From positions 5,840 to 69,839 of the IMG/VR virus record IMGVR_UViG_3300006201_000015: a stretch of 64,000 bases of DNA; one strand, written 5' to 3'. The notes beneath the pieces are model-generated. The model saw only the letters and a program-made list of their open reading frames with translations, was not told the DNA's origin and searched no databases. The DNA comes from a virus. Both the position numbers and the translations under genes were made by a program. Positions 9,366 to 19,424 of the stretch are shown piece after piece. The stretch's first letter is position 1. Every line of letters begins with the position of its first letter.

Positions 9366-10280
9366 TTAAGGCTTTTCTTCTAACACAATCTGCTCGACAA
9401 TGAAATCCGTACATTTGGAGATAACCTCGAATACGGGAACTCCGTTTTCAGCAAGATCCAGAGCTTCAAAGTTGTCATCACACCACGATTGCAGAGTATT
9501 GCTGTCCATTTCGTATCCGGCGTATCGAAAGAATTTGTCAGTGAGGGACACAACCTCTTGGCGTGTGAATGGCATTACCCGATAGCTGATGGGGAAGCGA
9601 CGAACAAGGGCGGGATCAAGCCTGTCGTATCTGTTTGTAGTGCCGATAATGATGACATTATTGGGTAGAGAATCCATCTCTTGCATAAGTGCGATGGTTA
9701 CGCGACTCATTTCCGAAACATCGTGCGAGTCTCCTCGTTTTAATCCAATGGCGTCAATCTCATCAAAGCAAAGGAGGCAGGGAGAGATCTTTGCATATGA
9801 GAATACTTTGTTTATGTTGGATTGTGTGCCGCCGAGAAGAGAATTGATCAAGCTGGAAAATCGCACATAAACAAACGGCAGATCAGCTTTGTGTGCGATA
9901 TATCGAGCAAGCTCAGTCTTACCTGTACCGCTTTGCCCATAAAGGATTGCTGCCGGCAGATAGGAAATACCAAGCTCCATAAGACGGTTAGACGCTCTGT
10001 AGGTGGCGAGGATTTTGTCTGCAATAGCCTCCTCGCCACTACGTAGGAGAAACTTTCCCATAGGATAGTCCGTGACATCTTCTGCCACCAATAGATCTTT
10101 GAGATTGTATGGCAGTTCAATGAAACTTGTCTTAGCTTCGAGCTTGCGAAGTAACTCTGCCTTGAAACGCTGATCCCGCTGTGCAGTAATATTATTCAAG
10201 ATAAGTTTGGCATACGCATGGGCTTTTTTAGGATCATTGTCAACTACGGCACGGAGGAGCATTCGTTCGTTGTCATTCAT
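9366..10280 (-). CDS. AAA+ ATPase (SpoVK/CbxX-like)
   Basis: Walker A GQSGTGKTELARYIA, Walker B LLCFDEID, second region of homology ...TTNRYDRLDPALVRRF. Confidence 0.7.
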   Translation of the reverse strand: MNDNERMLLRAVVDNDPKKAHAYAKLILNNITAQRDQRFKAELLRKLEAKTSFIELPYNLKDLLVAEDVTDYPMGKFLLRSGEEAIADKILATYRASNRLMELGISYLPAAILYGQSGTGKTELARYIAHKADLPFVYVRFSSLINSLLGGTQSNINKVFSYAKISPCLLCFDEIDAIGLKRGDSHDVSEMSRVTIALMQEMDSLPNNVIIIGTTNRYDRLDPALVRRFPISYRVMPFTRQEVVSLTDKFFRYAGYEMDSNTLQSWCDDNFEALDLAENGVPVFEVISKCTDFIVEQIVLEEKP

Positions 10281-10296
10281 TTGCTTTCACCCACCC

Positions 10297-11112
10297 CTAT
10301 ACAAAAATGGTTTCGTTTGTGACCTGGTTGTTATCGGTGATTTTCACTGTCATGCTGTCAGTGACCGCCATCCGAAGTTTGGTGAGAGAACCATTGAACG
10401 GAAGAAATGACGAACAATAGCAGTCACATACGATATCATCTCCATCAAAATGGAACAAGTTGCCTTGTAAATCCTTATACTCTGCTTTGCGATTGCAAGT
10501 GGATAGCTTTGCATAGCGTCCAGTCCAGTTAGGTGGCGTGATATTGTAGTCCGGATACATTGTGGTAAACGCCTCAAACAGCTCAGGGCACAACTGAGAG
10601 AGCTGATGCAAAAACATAGGGACTGTTTTCGCCTGATAATCAGTGATTTCTCCACCCATGAGTGCATGAGGTCGATAATCGCAAATACGTTTGATATTCT
10701 CGGGTGTCAATACCTCTTGCGGTACAAAAAGACGGTTGCCACCAAAACCAGGATCATGACACATCAGCCGCTCTCCCTGTAACTCAATATTGATATAAGG
10801 TGGAGTAAGAAATACACCGTTACCAATACGAGTGATATAGGTGTTGGATGGGTAAGATAATTTGTGATAATGCTCATCCGCCTTGGCCTCTCTATAAAGA
10901 CGGTGGTACATTTTTGACTGTTTTGTACCTCCATCAACATGGTTGATACGCCCAAATTCGCATCGTAATCCGAACAAGGTTGTTACACGAAAACATCTCC
11001 CTTCTTTATAGGCCGAGCACTCTTCGGCATGATCACAATAGATGTACTCAGCTCGGAGACGTGCCTTACGGCTACCATCTCCATATAGTCCTACGTTAAT
11101 CAGCTTTTCCAT
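10297..11112 (-). CDS. hypothetical protein
   Basis: 271 aa; co-oriented between the AAA ATPase and the radical SAM gene. Confidence 0.3.
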   Translation of the reverse strand: MEKLINVGLYGDGSRKARLRAEYIYCDHAEECSAYKEGRCFRVTTLFGLRCEFGRINHVDGGTKQSKMYHRLYREAKADEHYHKLSYPSNTYITRIGNGVFLTPPYINIELQGERLMCHDPGFGGNRLFVPQEVLTPENIKRICDYRPHALMGGEITDYQAKTVPMFLHQLSQLCPELFEAFTTMYPDYNITPPNWTGRYAKLSTCNRKAEYKDLQGNLFHFDGDDIVCDCYCSSFLPFNGSLTKLRMAVTDSMTVKITDNNQVTNETIFV

Positions 11113-11115
11113 TAT

Positions 11116-12162
11116 TTACTCCCTCTCAGCGCTTTCGCTAAACGGTTTTGGAGCATAAGAGATGAGGGCGTTGCCACAGGTAATGCGGTCGGAATCCTCC
11201 TCTTTACTGGGAACAAACACAATTACATCCCAGCCCAAATCCAGTAAGGGTTTCTCGAATTGGTCATAGACGCTGTAATTGTCGTAGGTGGTTGTGATAT
11301 TATAACCGTTTTCTGATGCAGCTGTGGTTTGATGGATCGGTGTGATTTTGACGATGAACTTCTGCTTATCAAAAAGCTGGTCGAGTTTTGTGGCATCCAG
11401 AACCGTCTGCTCTGTAACAGCAAAGTTCAGAGTGTATTTCCTACCAACCGGAGTAGGAAGAGCGTTTGCGATAGCTGCAATCTCCTCCAGATTTAGAGAT
11501 TTGCCCGCAAATTGAGCACTCCGCTGTTCGTCGGAGGTACTGTTAATGCTGAGTTGCAGCCCAGCTTCTCCGTGTCGCAAAACGTTCTTGATTTCACACC
11601 ATTTTTGTAAAAATTCCGCCAGCCGCTCGTTGTTTGCCGGCATCATGGTAGATATGACAGGGTGGATTGTGACGGCGTGCAGACCGCATTCTCTGACCAA
11701 GGCGTCAAGCCGATGCTCAGTGAACTCCAAAACCGAGGGATTCCATGTAGGTTCACCCATACGGGCGTAGTGAACATTGAAACGGTTGGTAAACCGTACA
11801 TCCTCATGCTCAATGATATAGCGGATTTGGTATTCCAGATCAAGCATTGAGGCGTTGCCGAAGAAGCCGTACTTATGAACGTCACAGAACGTACACTTCA
11901 TAGGGCACCCTTTCTGGGTACTGATCGTTGCCACCCACTTGTCCTGAATGTTTACATCGTGGTGCTGAACACCATCAATCTTCTTGGTAAGCCCTAAGAA
12001 ATCTGCTTTGATATTGTTTTCCTTGCCATAGTCACCTACGGTTAGGAACTCCAATCCCATCAGCGGATTGAAATAAATCTTCCCAGTATGGGTATGAACA
12101 ACTTTGGTTTCCATTGAGATAGTTCCTCCTCTTTTATTCCGACTGTCCAAAAGCCTGGTCAT
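11116..12162 (-). CDS. radical SAM protein (possibly SplB/COG1533-like)
   Basis: CPMKCTFC (Cx3Cx2C) and a downstream GEP motif (MGEPTWNP). Confidence 0.6.
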   Translation of the reverse strand: MTRLLDSRNKRGGTISMETKVVHTHTGKIYFNPLMGLEFLTVGDYGKENNIKADFLGLTKKIDGVQHHDVNIQDKWVATISTQKGCPMKCTFCDVHKYGFFGNASMLDLEYQIRYIIEHEDVRFTNRFNVHYARMGEPTWNPSVLEFTEHRLDALVRECGLHAVTIHPVISTMMPANNERLAEFLQKWCEIKNVLRHGEAGLQLSINSTSDEQRSAQFAGKSLNLEEIAAIANALPTPVGRKYTLNFAVTEQTVLDATKLDQLFDKQKFIVKITPIHQTTAASENGYNITTTYDNYSVYDQFEKPLLDLGWDVIVFVPSKEEDSDRITCGNALISYAPKPFSESAERE

Positions 12163-12475
12163 AGGAAAGACCGGTGGCTTTTAGAATAGCGGCGATGTTT
12201 TTATGGCTGATTTTTCCGCTACTTAGTGCTTTACGTAGACATTTACCAGTTATTTGCTCCAAATCGGCGACGAAAATGTGGTTCTCACACATCCACTGAC
12301 GCAGACCAGGGAAAACAACCGTTGTAGGTCTGATGTTGATACTGAGAGTGCCATATTCCTTAACACACTGGTGTACGGCTTGCCGACTAACGCCATACTT
12401 TTTGGCGATAGCAGCATAGGTCATGCCTTGCTTTCTCAGCCTCATATAGTTTTCTGATTTAGTCACAGACTTCAC
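12134..12475 (-). CDS. small HTH protein resembling sigma-70 region 4
   Basis: LRKQGMTYAAIAKKYGVSRQAVHQCV helix-turn-helix. Candidate transcription regulator. Confidence 0.45.
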   Translation of the reverse strand: MKSVTKSENYMRLRKQGMTYAAIAKKYGVSRQAVHQCVKEYGTLSINIRPTTVVFPGLRQWMCENHIFVADLEQITGKCLRKALSSGKISHKNIAAILKATGLSYDQAFGQSE

Positions 12476-12486
12476 CTCTGCACATT

Positions 12487-12505
12487 GATTTTGTTCGTTA
12501 CTATT
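12487..12505 (-). promoter_or_regulatory. conserved leader motif copy 3
   Basis: gattttgttcgttactatt, upstream of the HTH gene. Confidence 0.5.
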
Positions 12506-12917
12506 GCAGGCTGATAGGGCAGACTGTCATCCCGCGATCTTTGAAATACTGGATTGCCTGCTCTGCTGTGAGGTGTTTAGTGATCCAGTCGATAGAAACA
12601 CACTCTCGCTCTCGGTAGATTATTTTATAAGAAACGGTGTGTACATCATCGGCAAAATACCGTGAACCTCTCGACCTACAACATCCTACAACTCCGATAT
12701 ACGGACGGTGCAAGATTAAAGTTTCATTAGCGTATATCCCATTGAGGTAATTATTGTAGATTTCTTGGAAAGCCTTGCTGAATGGACACTTATCCAAGAT
12801 AATCCGCTCTTCTTGTACTTCCGAGTCATCTTTACAGGCATACCCAGCATCCCCACAGGCTTCCCACTGCTGTCGATTGATTTGAAAAACCGATCTTACA
12901 TCGTAAATTTTCAGCAC
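12501..12917 (-). CDS. hypothetical protein
   Basis: 138-aa ORF. Confidence 0.3.
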   Translation of the reverse strand: MLKIYDVRSVFQINRQQWEACGDAGYACKDDSEVQEERIILDKCPFSKAFQEIYNNYLNGIYANETLILHRPYIGVVGCCRSRGSRYFADDVHTVSYKIIYRERECVSIDWITKHLTAEQAIQYFKDRGMTVCPISLQ

Positions 12918-12918
12918 A

Positions 12919-13287
12919 TTATCTCCTCCTCGTAGTGTAATGTTTTACACGAATATCCAGCTTGTATTTTTGAGCTGTTTCAATCATGTGTTTTGTACCA
13001 CGACTCTTTCCGTCCCAAAAGGCAACCAAAGCGTCGGCGTTTTTAGCCATCTCCTCATTTCGGATAAACCCTGCCCCGCGTCCTTTCCCGTCCCAATCTG
13101 CCGGGAAGTACCTAATGGAATATCCACGCTCTTTTCCATATTGCTCTCCAAGCCGATCAGCGCCTTGAGCCATACCGCAGACAATGACAATTTCGTCGGT
13201 AACGTTGGCAAGCAGCTGATCCATTGCTTTGGCAAGACCAAGATAGTTGTTGAAGTCTCTTCCGCCGGCAATGATAACACGGAACAT
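12919..13287 (-). CDS. Rossmann-like SLOG/DUF2493-family protein (YpsA/DprA-like fold)
   Basis: MFRVIIAGGRDF...VIVCGMAQGADRLGEQY pattern. Start placed at the internal Met just downstream of the preceding gene's stop. Confidence 0.4.
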   Translation of the reverse strand: MFRVIIAGGRDFNNYLGLAKAMDQLLANVTDEIVIVCGMAQGADRLGEQYGKERGYSIRYFPADWDGKGRGAGFIRNEEMAKNADALVAFWDGKSRGTKHMIETAQKYKLDIRVKHYTTRRR

Positions 13288-13291
13288 AATC

Positions 13292-14731
13292 TCACCTCTC
13301 TGGAAGCTGAGGAAGCCAATTTTCTGGGGTTGGCATTCGGATTGATTTAGGAACACACATTTGATAAAATGCTGATGTTTCTGCAAGTGCCATGTCGATA
13401 AGCCAGAAGTCGTCGCCATTTTGCATGATGTCCAGTGACCACTGACCATGCAGGTGCAGGTCGGGAAGGAGGTTTTCTACCTCGGCAATCAGCTTTTCAA
13501 TGTTGTCTTGGTAGCGCCTCATCAGCGTATCCTCGTGCGCACGATAGATGATATAGTCATGGATCTGGTGTGGAGAGTTGGCGTCATTCCCGTGCCCAAA
13601 ACGCTGCTTCATCGTTTGCGGTTCCCAATACGGTGTGCAACCAATTACCTTACGCTGGTCACAGTCAATAAAGATGCGATACTCGGTGTGTAGCGGCAAC
13701 CCCTTGTAGATACAGGGGTTATTCTCCTTGTCTTCGATCCACTCCCTTACCACCCATTCATTTGTGGTTGAGACGCCATAGATACAGGGGGAGGATAGGT
13801 AGCTTGCCATTTGGAGCGCTTGGAAGTGAATATAAAGCAGATACTCACCCAACTCCCTCACTTCTTTTGCCCCTTTTACATGAGCATTGCGAAAATCAAA
13901 CTTGGAGGAATACGTGCCCGTTTTGATAAAGTATTCCTTATCATCGTTCAGCTGAAAAGCCTTATGCGCCCAAATGTCAACGATGGATAGCGTTGTAGGC
14001 GTAAGCCCGCCATATTCCTGTCGAGTCAGCTGCAGCAAAGTCAGCGGCACTTTCGCAATAGTTGTCGCTGGTATCTTGAAGAAATGCTTGCCTCGGCAGG
14101 CTTCTACGAGCTGTGGGAGCCAATGCCCCATTGAGTTGGGGTTGGTGCCAATAATCTCATAGGTAAGAGCGTCCAGATCGAGGATGTCCAAGCCCTGCCG
14201 AAACATATTGTAGGCAGTACGACCTCTCTCGGAGTTGGGATTGTCCAGATATTCCTTGTATTGGTAGAGCAGCATCGGCCCAGAATCCTCAGAGATATCA
14301 CGCTTCATAAGTGCGCCGGTGAGCTGCGGCTGCATTGCCGGAGGTAGGCTCGTAATTTCTTGGAGGGCGACTGGTTTCGTACCATCTGGAAGTGCCTTAA
14401 AATTCTGTACGGTTCCCAAATTCCCGTCGAAAATGTAAACACTGGTCTGGGAAAGCAATTCGTCTACGATGCGACGCTCAAGCTCTGAGGTATCAGCCGA
14501 AACAGGAGCAGTGTTTACATCTATGGCATGGTTTTGCTCTGCGGCCTGCCGGGAGTTTTGCTGATACAGGTCGTCCGGCTCTTCATTTAAGGTATAGGCT
14601 TGATAGGACTCTTCAAATTTGGCAAGCGTCTCTGGGCTGACTTTCAAAAGTTCAGCAATAGCGTCTTTGGACAAAGAGGGATCTTGCGCACCCAAATTTG
14701 CTAAGAAGATTTTCATTTGTCCTCCTCTCAT
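13292..14731 (-). CDS. hypothetical protein (479 aa); weak ATP-grasp-like features
   Basis: Long ORF. No firm motif; possible nucleotide-binding segments. Confidence 0.3.
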   Translation of the reverse strand: MRGGQMKIFLANLGAQDPSLSKDAIAELLKVSPETLAKFEESYQAYTLNEEPDDLYQQNSRQAAEQNHAIDVNTAPVSADTSELERRIVDELLSQTSVYIFDGNLGTVQNFKALPDGTKPVALQEITSLPPAMQPQLTGALMKRDISEDSGPMLLYQYKEYLDNPNSERGRTAYNMFRQGLDILDLDALTYEIIGTNPNSMGHWLPQLVEACRGKHFFKIPATTIAKVPLTLLQLTRQEYGGLTPTTLSIVDIWAHKAFQLNDDKEYFIKTGTYSSKFDFRNAHVKGAKEVRELGEYLLYIHFQALQMASYLSSPCIYGVSTTNEWVVREWIEDKENNPCIYKGLPLHTEYRIFIDCDQRKVIGCTPYWEPQTMKQRFGHGNDANSPHQIHDYIIYRAHEDTLMRRYQDNIEKLIAEVENLLPDLHLHGQWSLDIMQNGDDFWLIDMALAETSAFYQMCVPKSIRMPTPENWLPQLPER

Positions 14732-15210
14732 GCAAAAGGTATGTTCTCTGCCAGAGGCTTCGGAAGGTGTTTGATACCGGAAAGATAAGGCAGCTTCAGA
14801 ACTTTCGCCACCAAATATGCCGTGTAGCCGTCCATCAGCACATTGTTGTCTGCAACTACCACATTCGTGCTGAATTTGCCGGTATGATAGTATTCCATGA
14901 AACGCTTGGCGATCTTGTCATCACTCGGCCTGCTGCGCTTCATATAGTCCGGAATCACAATGCTGTCCACTGCAACATCGCAGGTTGTACCAACAATCTT
15001 GCGGAGCGGGAAAGTAGCTCCAGAGGCTATCATAAGTTCCCGCACATCTGCATCGTTGACAACAGAGCCGACCACGACACCACATTTTCTGCCTCGCGCG
15101 GTATCGCAGGCGACACGGGCGTTAGGCTTTACCTTATCGGCGAGATGGTCAGGAACTTCAAACCAGTACACTTTCCCACAGTTCCCATGCTTAATCATTG
15201 CGACGTTCAT
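14728..15210 (-). CDS. hypothetical protein
   Basis: ORF 14728..15219. ATG at 15210 has an AACGGAGGTG Shine-Dalgarno site 8 nt upstream. Confidence 0.3.
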   Translation of the reverse strand: MNVAMIKHGNCGKVYWFEVPDHLADKVKPNARVACDTARGRKCGVVVGSVVNDADVRELMIASGATFPLRKIVGTTCDVAVDSIVIPDYMKRSRPSDDKIAKRFMEYYHTGKFSTNVVVADNNVLMDGYTAYLVAKVLKLPYLSGIKHLPKPLAENIPFA

Positions 15211-15233
15211 TATAAGCACCTCCGTTATTCATT

Positions 15234-15251
15234 GATTTTATTCGTCGCTAT
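15234..15251 (-). promoter_or_regulatory. conserved leader motif copy 4
   Basis: gattttattcgtcgctat, upstream of 14728..15210. Confidence 0.5.
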
Positions 15252-15260
15252 ATGTAGTAT

Positions 15261-15298
15261 ATCACGGATTTCCCGTTTGTCAATAGGAAATCCGTGAT
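15261..15298. promoter_or_regulatory. perfect 13-bp inverted repeat (ATCACGGATTTCC-N12-GGAAATCCGTGAT) between two copies of the leader motif
   Basis: Seen directly. Candidate operator or RNA hairpin. Confidence 0.5.
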
Positions 15299-15316
15299 TT
15301 TGTTCGTTATTTTTTT
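15296..15316 (-). promoter_or_regulatory. conserved leader motif copy 5 (no SD; overlaps the 3' arm of the 13-bp inverted repeat)
   Basis: gattttgttcgttattttttt. Confidence 0.4.
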
Positions 15317-15317
15317 A

Positions 15318-15863
15318 TTAGGCAGGCTGGACGCACAAGAGTATAGCCAGAGGACTATCGGTATTTTTCAGTGTTGCCTTATAATGCTCTTTCCACCAGT
15401 GGTACAACAACTCAAAGTTCTTGGTGGGAAGATACTCTTCCAAGAGCAACTGGGGATCGTTTTGCGATGCGTAGTCCAAATACATAAGATGTAACTCATC
15501 TTCTGTGATGGATTGGATAGGCTTTTCCTTACTCACCGAGGAGATAACTGCATGGCGGCGGATAGCATATTCCGGCAGCTGAAATGCGGGACTCCATCTG
15601 GGGGCTTCATCGTACTGACTCGGCTCGTCGCCCACCCACGCGATTTTCTTATCGGTACGATACATGACACCGACAGGCACTTTTCTTTCCCGCGTCTCTC
15701 CGTCCTTTTCAAACTCCTCTGTCACTGTCAATCTCTTGAACGGTTCTTTAATTCCAACCGTTTGACCCACGCTAAGGTCGTCTACCCCCTGCGGGACGGC
15801 AAACGCTTTCAGTTTACCTTGCTCCCACAGTTCGAGGTCACGCTGATTCATATTTAGATCCAT
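15318..15863 (-). CDS. hypothetical protein
   Basis: ORF trimmed to the Met (MDLNMNQ) that follows the stop of the upstream methyltransferase gene. Confidence 0.3.
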   Translation of the reverse strand: MDLNMNQRDLELWEQGKLKAFAVPQGVDDLSVGQTVGIKEPFKRLTVTEEFEKDGETRERKVPVGVMYRTDKKIAWVGDEPSQYDEAPRWSPAFQLPEYAIRRHAVISSVSKEKPIQSITEDELHLMYLDYASQNDPQLLLEEYLPTKNFELLYHWWKEHYKATLKNTDSPLAILLCVQPA

Positions 15864-16641
15864 TGATTTCCTCCAGTCTCCGCTGGGCAACCTCAGCCCA
15901 AGGCACTCCATAATACGGGCTTTTCTTCTTGTCGCACACACCGTTATCAATTCCGATATAATGCCGCCCCTCCAGCTTCGCCGCAATCAGTGTTGAGCCA
16001 GTGCCACAGCAGTTGTCCAGAACTACCTCCCCCTGCAGCGTGTAAGTACGGATAGCATATCGCAGTAGCTCTATGGGTTTTTCGGTAGAGTGGAGCGCAA
16101 CAGAGGGGTGTGGCTTCGGGAACCGCCAAATCGACGCAGGATACTTCATATCGGTGTCCTCTGACTGGACGCAAATATAGTTGCCATAACTCCGATTGGA
16201 ATGAATGTCTTCAACTTGTTTGCCCACAGCCTTACCCTTGCTATGATTCTTTTCGCCTTTCTCCATCTGAGGATTGTATGTCGGTGGAGACTTATAGAAT
16301 ACCATAATATCCTCATGCTCTCGAAGCGGCATTTTCTTAGCGTTCAGAAATCCGCTCTTCAAGACCTTATCCCATATGATGTTGTAACGGTGAAGTTTAG
16401 GATTGGATAGCATCATTGTGGCGGTAAACTTATCCTGTCCGAAGAGAAGAATCGCGCCATTAGGTTTGATAATGCGCTCGTACTGTTGCCAGAGCAGATT
16501 GGGAGAGATCACCACATCCCACTTGTTCTGTGTCGCTCCGTAAGGTAAATCGCAAAGAATCATATCAATGCTTCCGGTATCAATTTGGGACATTATTTCT
16601 AGGCAATCACCGTTGATAACGGTGTCAAGAGAAATGCTCAC
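15838..16641 (-). CDS. DNA methyltransferase, beta-class N4/N6 amino-methyltransferase (pfam01555-like)
   Basis: DLPYG (DPPY-type motif IV) near the N-terminus and CCGTGSTLIAAKLEGRHYIGID (motif I, FxGxG) near the C-terminus. Confidence 0.8.
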   Translation of the reverse strand: MSISLDTVINGDCLEIMSQIDTGSIDMILCDLPYGATQNKWDVVISPNLLWQQYERIIKPNGAILLFGQDKFTATMMLSNPKLHRYNIIWDKVLKSGFLNAKKMPLREHEDIMVFYKSPPTYNPQMEKGEKNHSKGKAVGKQVEDIHSNRSYGNYICVQSEDTDMKYPASIWRFPKPHPSVALHSTEKPIELLRYAIRTYTLQGEVVLDNCCGTGSTLIAAKLEGRHYIGIDNGVCDKKKSPYYGVPWAEVAQRRLEEINGSKYESA

Positions 16642-16662
16642 AGCAAATCACCCTCTCTTTGG

Positions 16663-17457
16663 TTATTCTGCTTGTATCCACTTAAAAGCGGTTTCGGCGT
16701 TGGTGGCGCGTGTAGATTTGCCAGCGCCGCGCTCATAGTAACTGCAAAAATATTTGGCTGCGTCGCCTGGGTCGGCAATAGCGCAAAACTCATCATAGTC
16801 TCCGCCGAAGTAATCCATATTGGTACGAATGTTGCTCATTAAGTAATCAAGCTGGCCGGTGATATCTGCACCGTCAACCGAAGGGTTATAATAAAGGCTC
16901 CACTGGCATAGGCCGTAGTAATAGCTGCCATCATACCCATAAATATCCCACTGCAAATCCAAGGTTTGACCGCCGCACTCGGTCATCATGTTGCCAAGGA
17001 TGCCGGCAATCACAATATCTGACATACCCTGTGTGTTTAGATATTCATAAACCTGACCAGCTACATCATACTCAGATTTCAGTCGTTCAATCTTCTTTGC
17101 AGTGGGGGGGGGATCATCATCTATCGCTTTAAGTACCTCTTCGCCGGTGCGGTTATCTATAAAGAGTTCGGTTTTCTCATACGGCAGGTTTAGCCGATCT
17201 ATCTTGAAATTTCTTTGCTCTTCATAAATCTCCCCAACAAGCATGGCGTACTTACTACCGTCTTTGGCGCACTCTCGCATCTGGCGGTAATAATCCACAC
17301 CATCTTGATAGCCGACAACTTCAATTTGGTCGGTGATCAGTAAAGGAGCAAGAGCTTTTACCCCAACGCCCAAAATTGTGAAGCCGACCAGCGCTACAAG
17401 AAAGAGCACCGTTATCTTTTTCACCGGCACAAGGCCGGATCGTCGTTTGTTATTCAT
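16663..17457 (-). CDS. membrane-anchored lysozyme-like domain protein (phage tail-type lysozyme fold)
   Basis: N-terminal TM helix, then GILGNMMTECGG...GLCQWS motif. Contains an in-frame G9 tract (17104-17112) that encodes PPP. Confidence 0.45.
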   Translation of the reverse strand: MNNKRRSGLVPVKKITVLFLVALVGFTILGVGVKALAPLLITDQIEVVGYQDGVDYYRQMRECAKDGSKYAMLVGEIYEEQRNFKIDRLNLPYEKTELFIDNRTGEEVLKAIDDDPPPTAKKIERLKSEYDVAGQVYEYLNTQGMSDIVIAGILGNMMTECGGQTLDLQWDIYGYDGSYYYGLCQWSLYYNPSVDGADITGQLDYLMSNIRTNMDYFGGDYDEFCAIADPGDAAKYFCSYYERGAGKSTRATNAETAFKWIQAE

Positions 17458-17478
17458 ATTCTTTCCCTCACATTCTTT

Positions 17479-17496
17479 GATTTTATTCGTTATTTA
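17479..17496 (-). promoter_or_regulatory. conserved leader motif copy 6
   Basis: gattttattcgttattta, upstream of the lysozyme-like gene. Confidence 0.5.
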
Positions 17497-17540
17497 CTGA
17501 AAGAAATAAAGCAGTTCGCTTTCTGAATAAAACCAGTCTT

Positions 17541-17756
17541 TCATATGCCCTGAACGCTTATTTCAACATCGTACAATTTGAAGAGTTCAGGTTCGTCACA
17601 TTTTTGGATTTCGGCATTTGCTTCCTCAATCGTTTCAAATAGTTGAGCATCCTCAGCGTCCTCACTGACTTCGCCGCTTTTCATTAAAAACACTGTAGGG
17701 CGCTCTTTTGTTCCGATTGCAAACCTGCGATACTTTATGTCCATTTTTACCTCCAT
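17541..17756 (-). CDS. hypothetical protein
   Basis: 71-aa ORF. Confidence 0.25.
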   Translation of the reverse strand: MEVKMDIKYRRFAIGTKERPTVFLMKSGEVSEDAEDAQLFETIEEANAEIQKCDEPELFKLYDVEISVQGI

Positions 17757-17765
17757 CGTGGAATG

Positions 17766-18104
17766 TTATTGTTTTGTAGTATCTTCTGGTGGCTTCGGCA
17801 GAGGCATCCAATGCGTAACACATCCCTTATTTAATAGCTTAGTTGAGTTAAGAGCCGTTTTGATTCTCCACCGTGGTTCATTCTCATAGCTTATCCTGAA
17901 ACACGCCCCAACGAATATTGCTTTGTTTTTACACAGAATAAGTACCAAATCATCCTCAACTGGCAGTCTTTCATTTACAGCTATCCAGCCATCGTTAGAC
18001 GTGATTTCAATGGTAGGTGCGTCTCGTATCCACTCTTTACAGTAAATATCACGATCAGATGATCCAAGCGCATCCTCTAAAGCGTCTGCATCAATCAATC
18101 TCAT
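17766..18104 (-). CDS. DUF551-family phage protein
   Basis: WIAVNERLP ... VTHWMPLPKPP signature. Confidence 0.5.
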   Translation of the reverse strand: MRLIDADALEDALGSSDRDIYCKEWIRDAPTIEITSNDGWIAVNERLPVEDDLVLILCKNKAIFVGACFRISYENEPRWRIKTALNSTKLLNKGCVTHWMPLPKPPEDTTKQ

Positions 18105-18123
18105 TTCCGCATTTCTCCATGTT

Positions 18124-18456
18124 CTAATAATCGCTGGCTTGTTGTCTTGCCAGATGGTCGTTGATATAATCGCAAATCTCGCAGTAGTTCTTCATAGCGG
18201 ATCTCAACTGCTCCTGCTTTTCTGCTGGAAGTGTAGATGCCGTCTTGCCCAGCAACATGGTCATGTGGTCGAGCGGAACAACGGCTTCACTTTGCAAACT
18301 GGAAAGATTACAAGACGGAAACACATCATAGGGGCGATCCATCCACTCGTGAAACCATGCCTCTTTCTCAGGATTGAGCGGAATCCCCATAAGACCAAGT
18401 AGTGTGGCCTCGAAGAGAGGACGGGGTAGTTTGATAAGATATTCATATACGGTCAT
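18124..18456 (-). CDS. hypothetical protein
   Basis: 110-aa ORF. Confidence 0.3.
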   Translation of the reverse strand: MTVYEYLIKLPRPLFEATLLGLMGIPLNPEKEAWFHEWMDRPYDVFPSCNLSSLQSEAVVPLDHMTMLLGKTASTLPAEKQEQLRSAMKNYCEICDYINDHLARQQASDY

Positions 18457-18460
18457 ATCA

Positions 18461-18805
18461 TCACCTCAATGTAAACCCAAATGTTTGGTATCCAAGGCTA
18501 ACACCTTTCCATTCTGGCTTGAGCTTTGCTTTCAGCTCGCTTGCGACACCTTTGCACATAGCTTTCGTATCGCCAAACACTTCATATTCACATAGGAACG
18601 TCTTATCTTCAGATAATCCAAAGCCTACATAAATGTTTAGTGTGTTCGCCCATGCAATTATGCTGTCGATAGCAGCCTTATGTGTTTTACAGTAAGCATT
18701 ACTGTCAGCAACATTCTTTTCGAGCAACCAGGAACCACGTACAAACTGCTTCTTTGCCATTTGCTTACCTCGTTCCTGTAGAGCCAATACCGCCGCGATC
18801 TTCAT
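18461..18805 (-). CDS. hypothetical protein
   Basis: 114-aa ORF. Confidence 0.3.
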   Translation of the reverse strand: MKIAAVLALQERGKQMAKKQFVRGSWLLEKNVADSNAYCKTHKAAIDSIIAWANTLNIYVGFGLSEDKTFLCEYEVFGDTKAMCKGVASELKAKLKPEWKGVSLGYQTFGFTLR

Positions 18806-19421
18806 TACCCAGCGTTTCTACGGCTTCAAAAGAGATCTGAGGCTGGTGCTCCACAATGCGGAACTGACAAATGCGGTCGCCAACCTTGATTGAGGTATCA
18901 CGCATAGCAATGGCCGGGAAATACCATTGATCGTTGTCTCCACAATAACTTTCATCCACCATCCCCATGTGGTTGGCCTGAATAACACCGAAATTTTTGA
19001 AAGTTGAGCTGCGGGGAATGATGTGCGCCTCATATCCCTTGGGGAGCTGCATCGCCACACCCAGCGAAATCAACTTAAAGTCGCCGGCTTTCAGATCCAC
19101 ATTTTCAGCGGCCCGTAAATCAATCCAATCAGACTTGCTGGCGATATAGTCCAATTTCTCAATTTTATCGCTTAGGTATTTGACCTTGATTGTCTGTCCG
19201 ATAGGCTGTTCGGGTTGTCCAGGCATTTTTGCTCCCTCAGCAATGAGATAGAGAGCGTGAAAGCAGTTATCGCATAGATGGATTTCCTTACGTTCTACAG
19301 TGGGATTCGTAAGAACAGTCCCATAATCATAACTGGTATTCAACGTGAACTCCCGCATTTTTTGATCATGCGGATGCTGAATGACTTTTCCGCAGGCATC
19401 ACATACATGAACCATCGACAT
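18765..19421 (-). CDS. dut: dUTP diphosphatase with N-terminal zinc-ribbon extension
   Basis: dUTPase motifs [21 protein letters not shown] and RGGIGSTG in the C-terminal 150 aa. N-terminal ~60 aa carry CDACGK...CDNC. Confidence 0.8.
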   Translation of the reverse strand: MSMVHVCDACGKVIQHPHDQKMREFTLNTSYDYGTVLTNPTVERKEIHLCDNCFHALYLIAEGAKMPGQPEQPIGQTIKVKYLSDKIEKLDYIASKSDWIDLRAAENVDLKAGDFKLISLGVAMQLPKGYEAHIIPRSSTFKNFGVIQANHMGMVDESYCGDNDQWYFPAIAMRDTSIKVGDRICQFRIVEHQPQISFEAVETLGNEDRGGIGSTGTR

Positions 19422-19424
19422 ATC

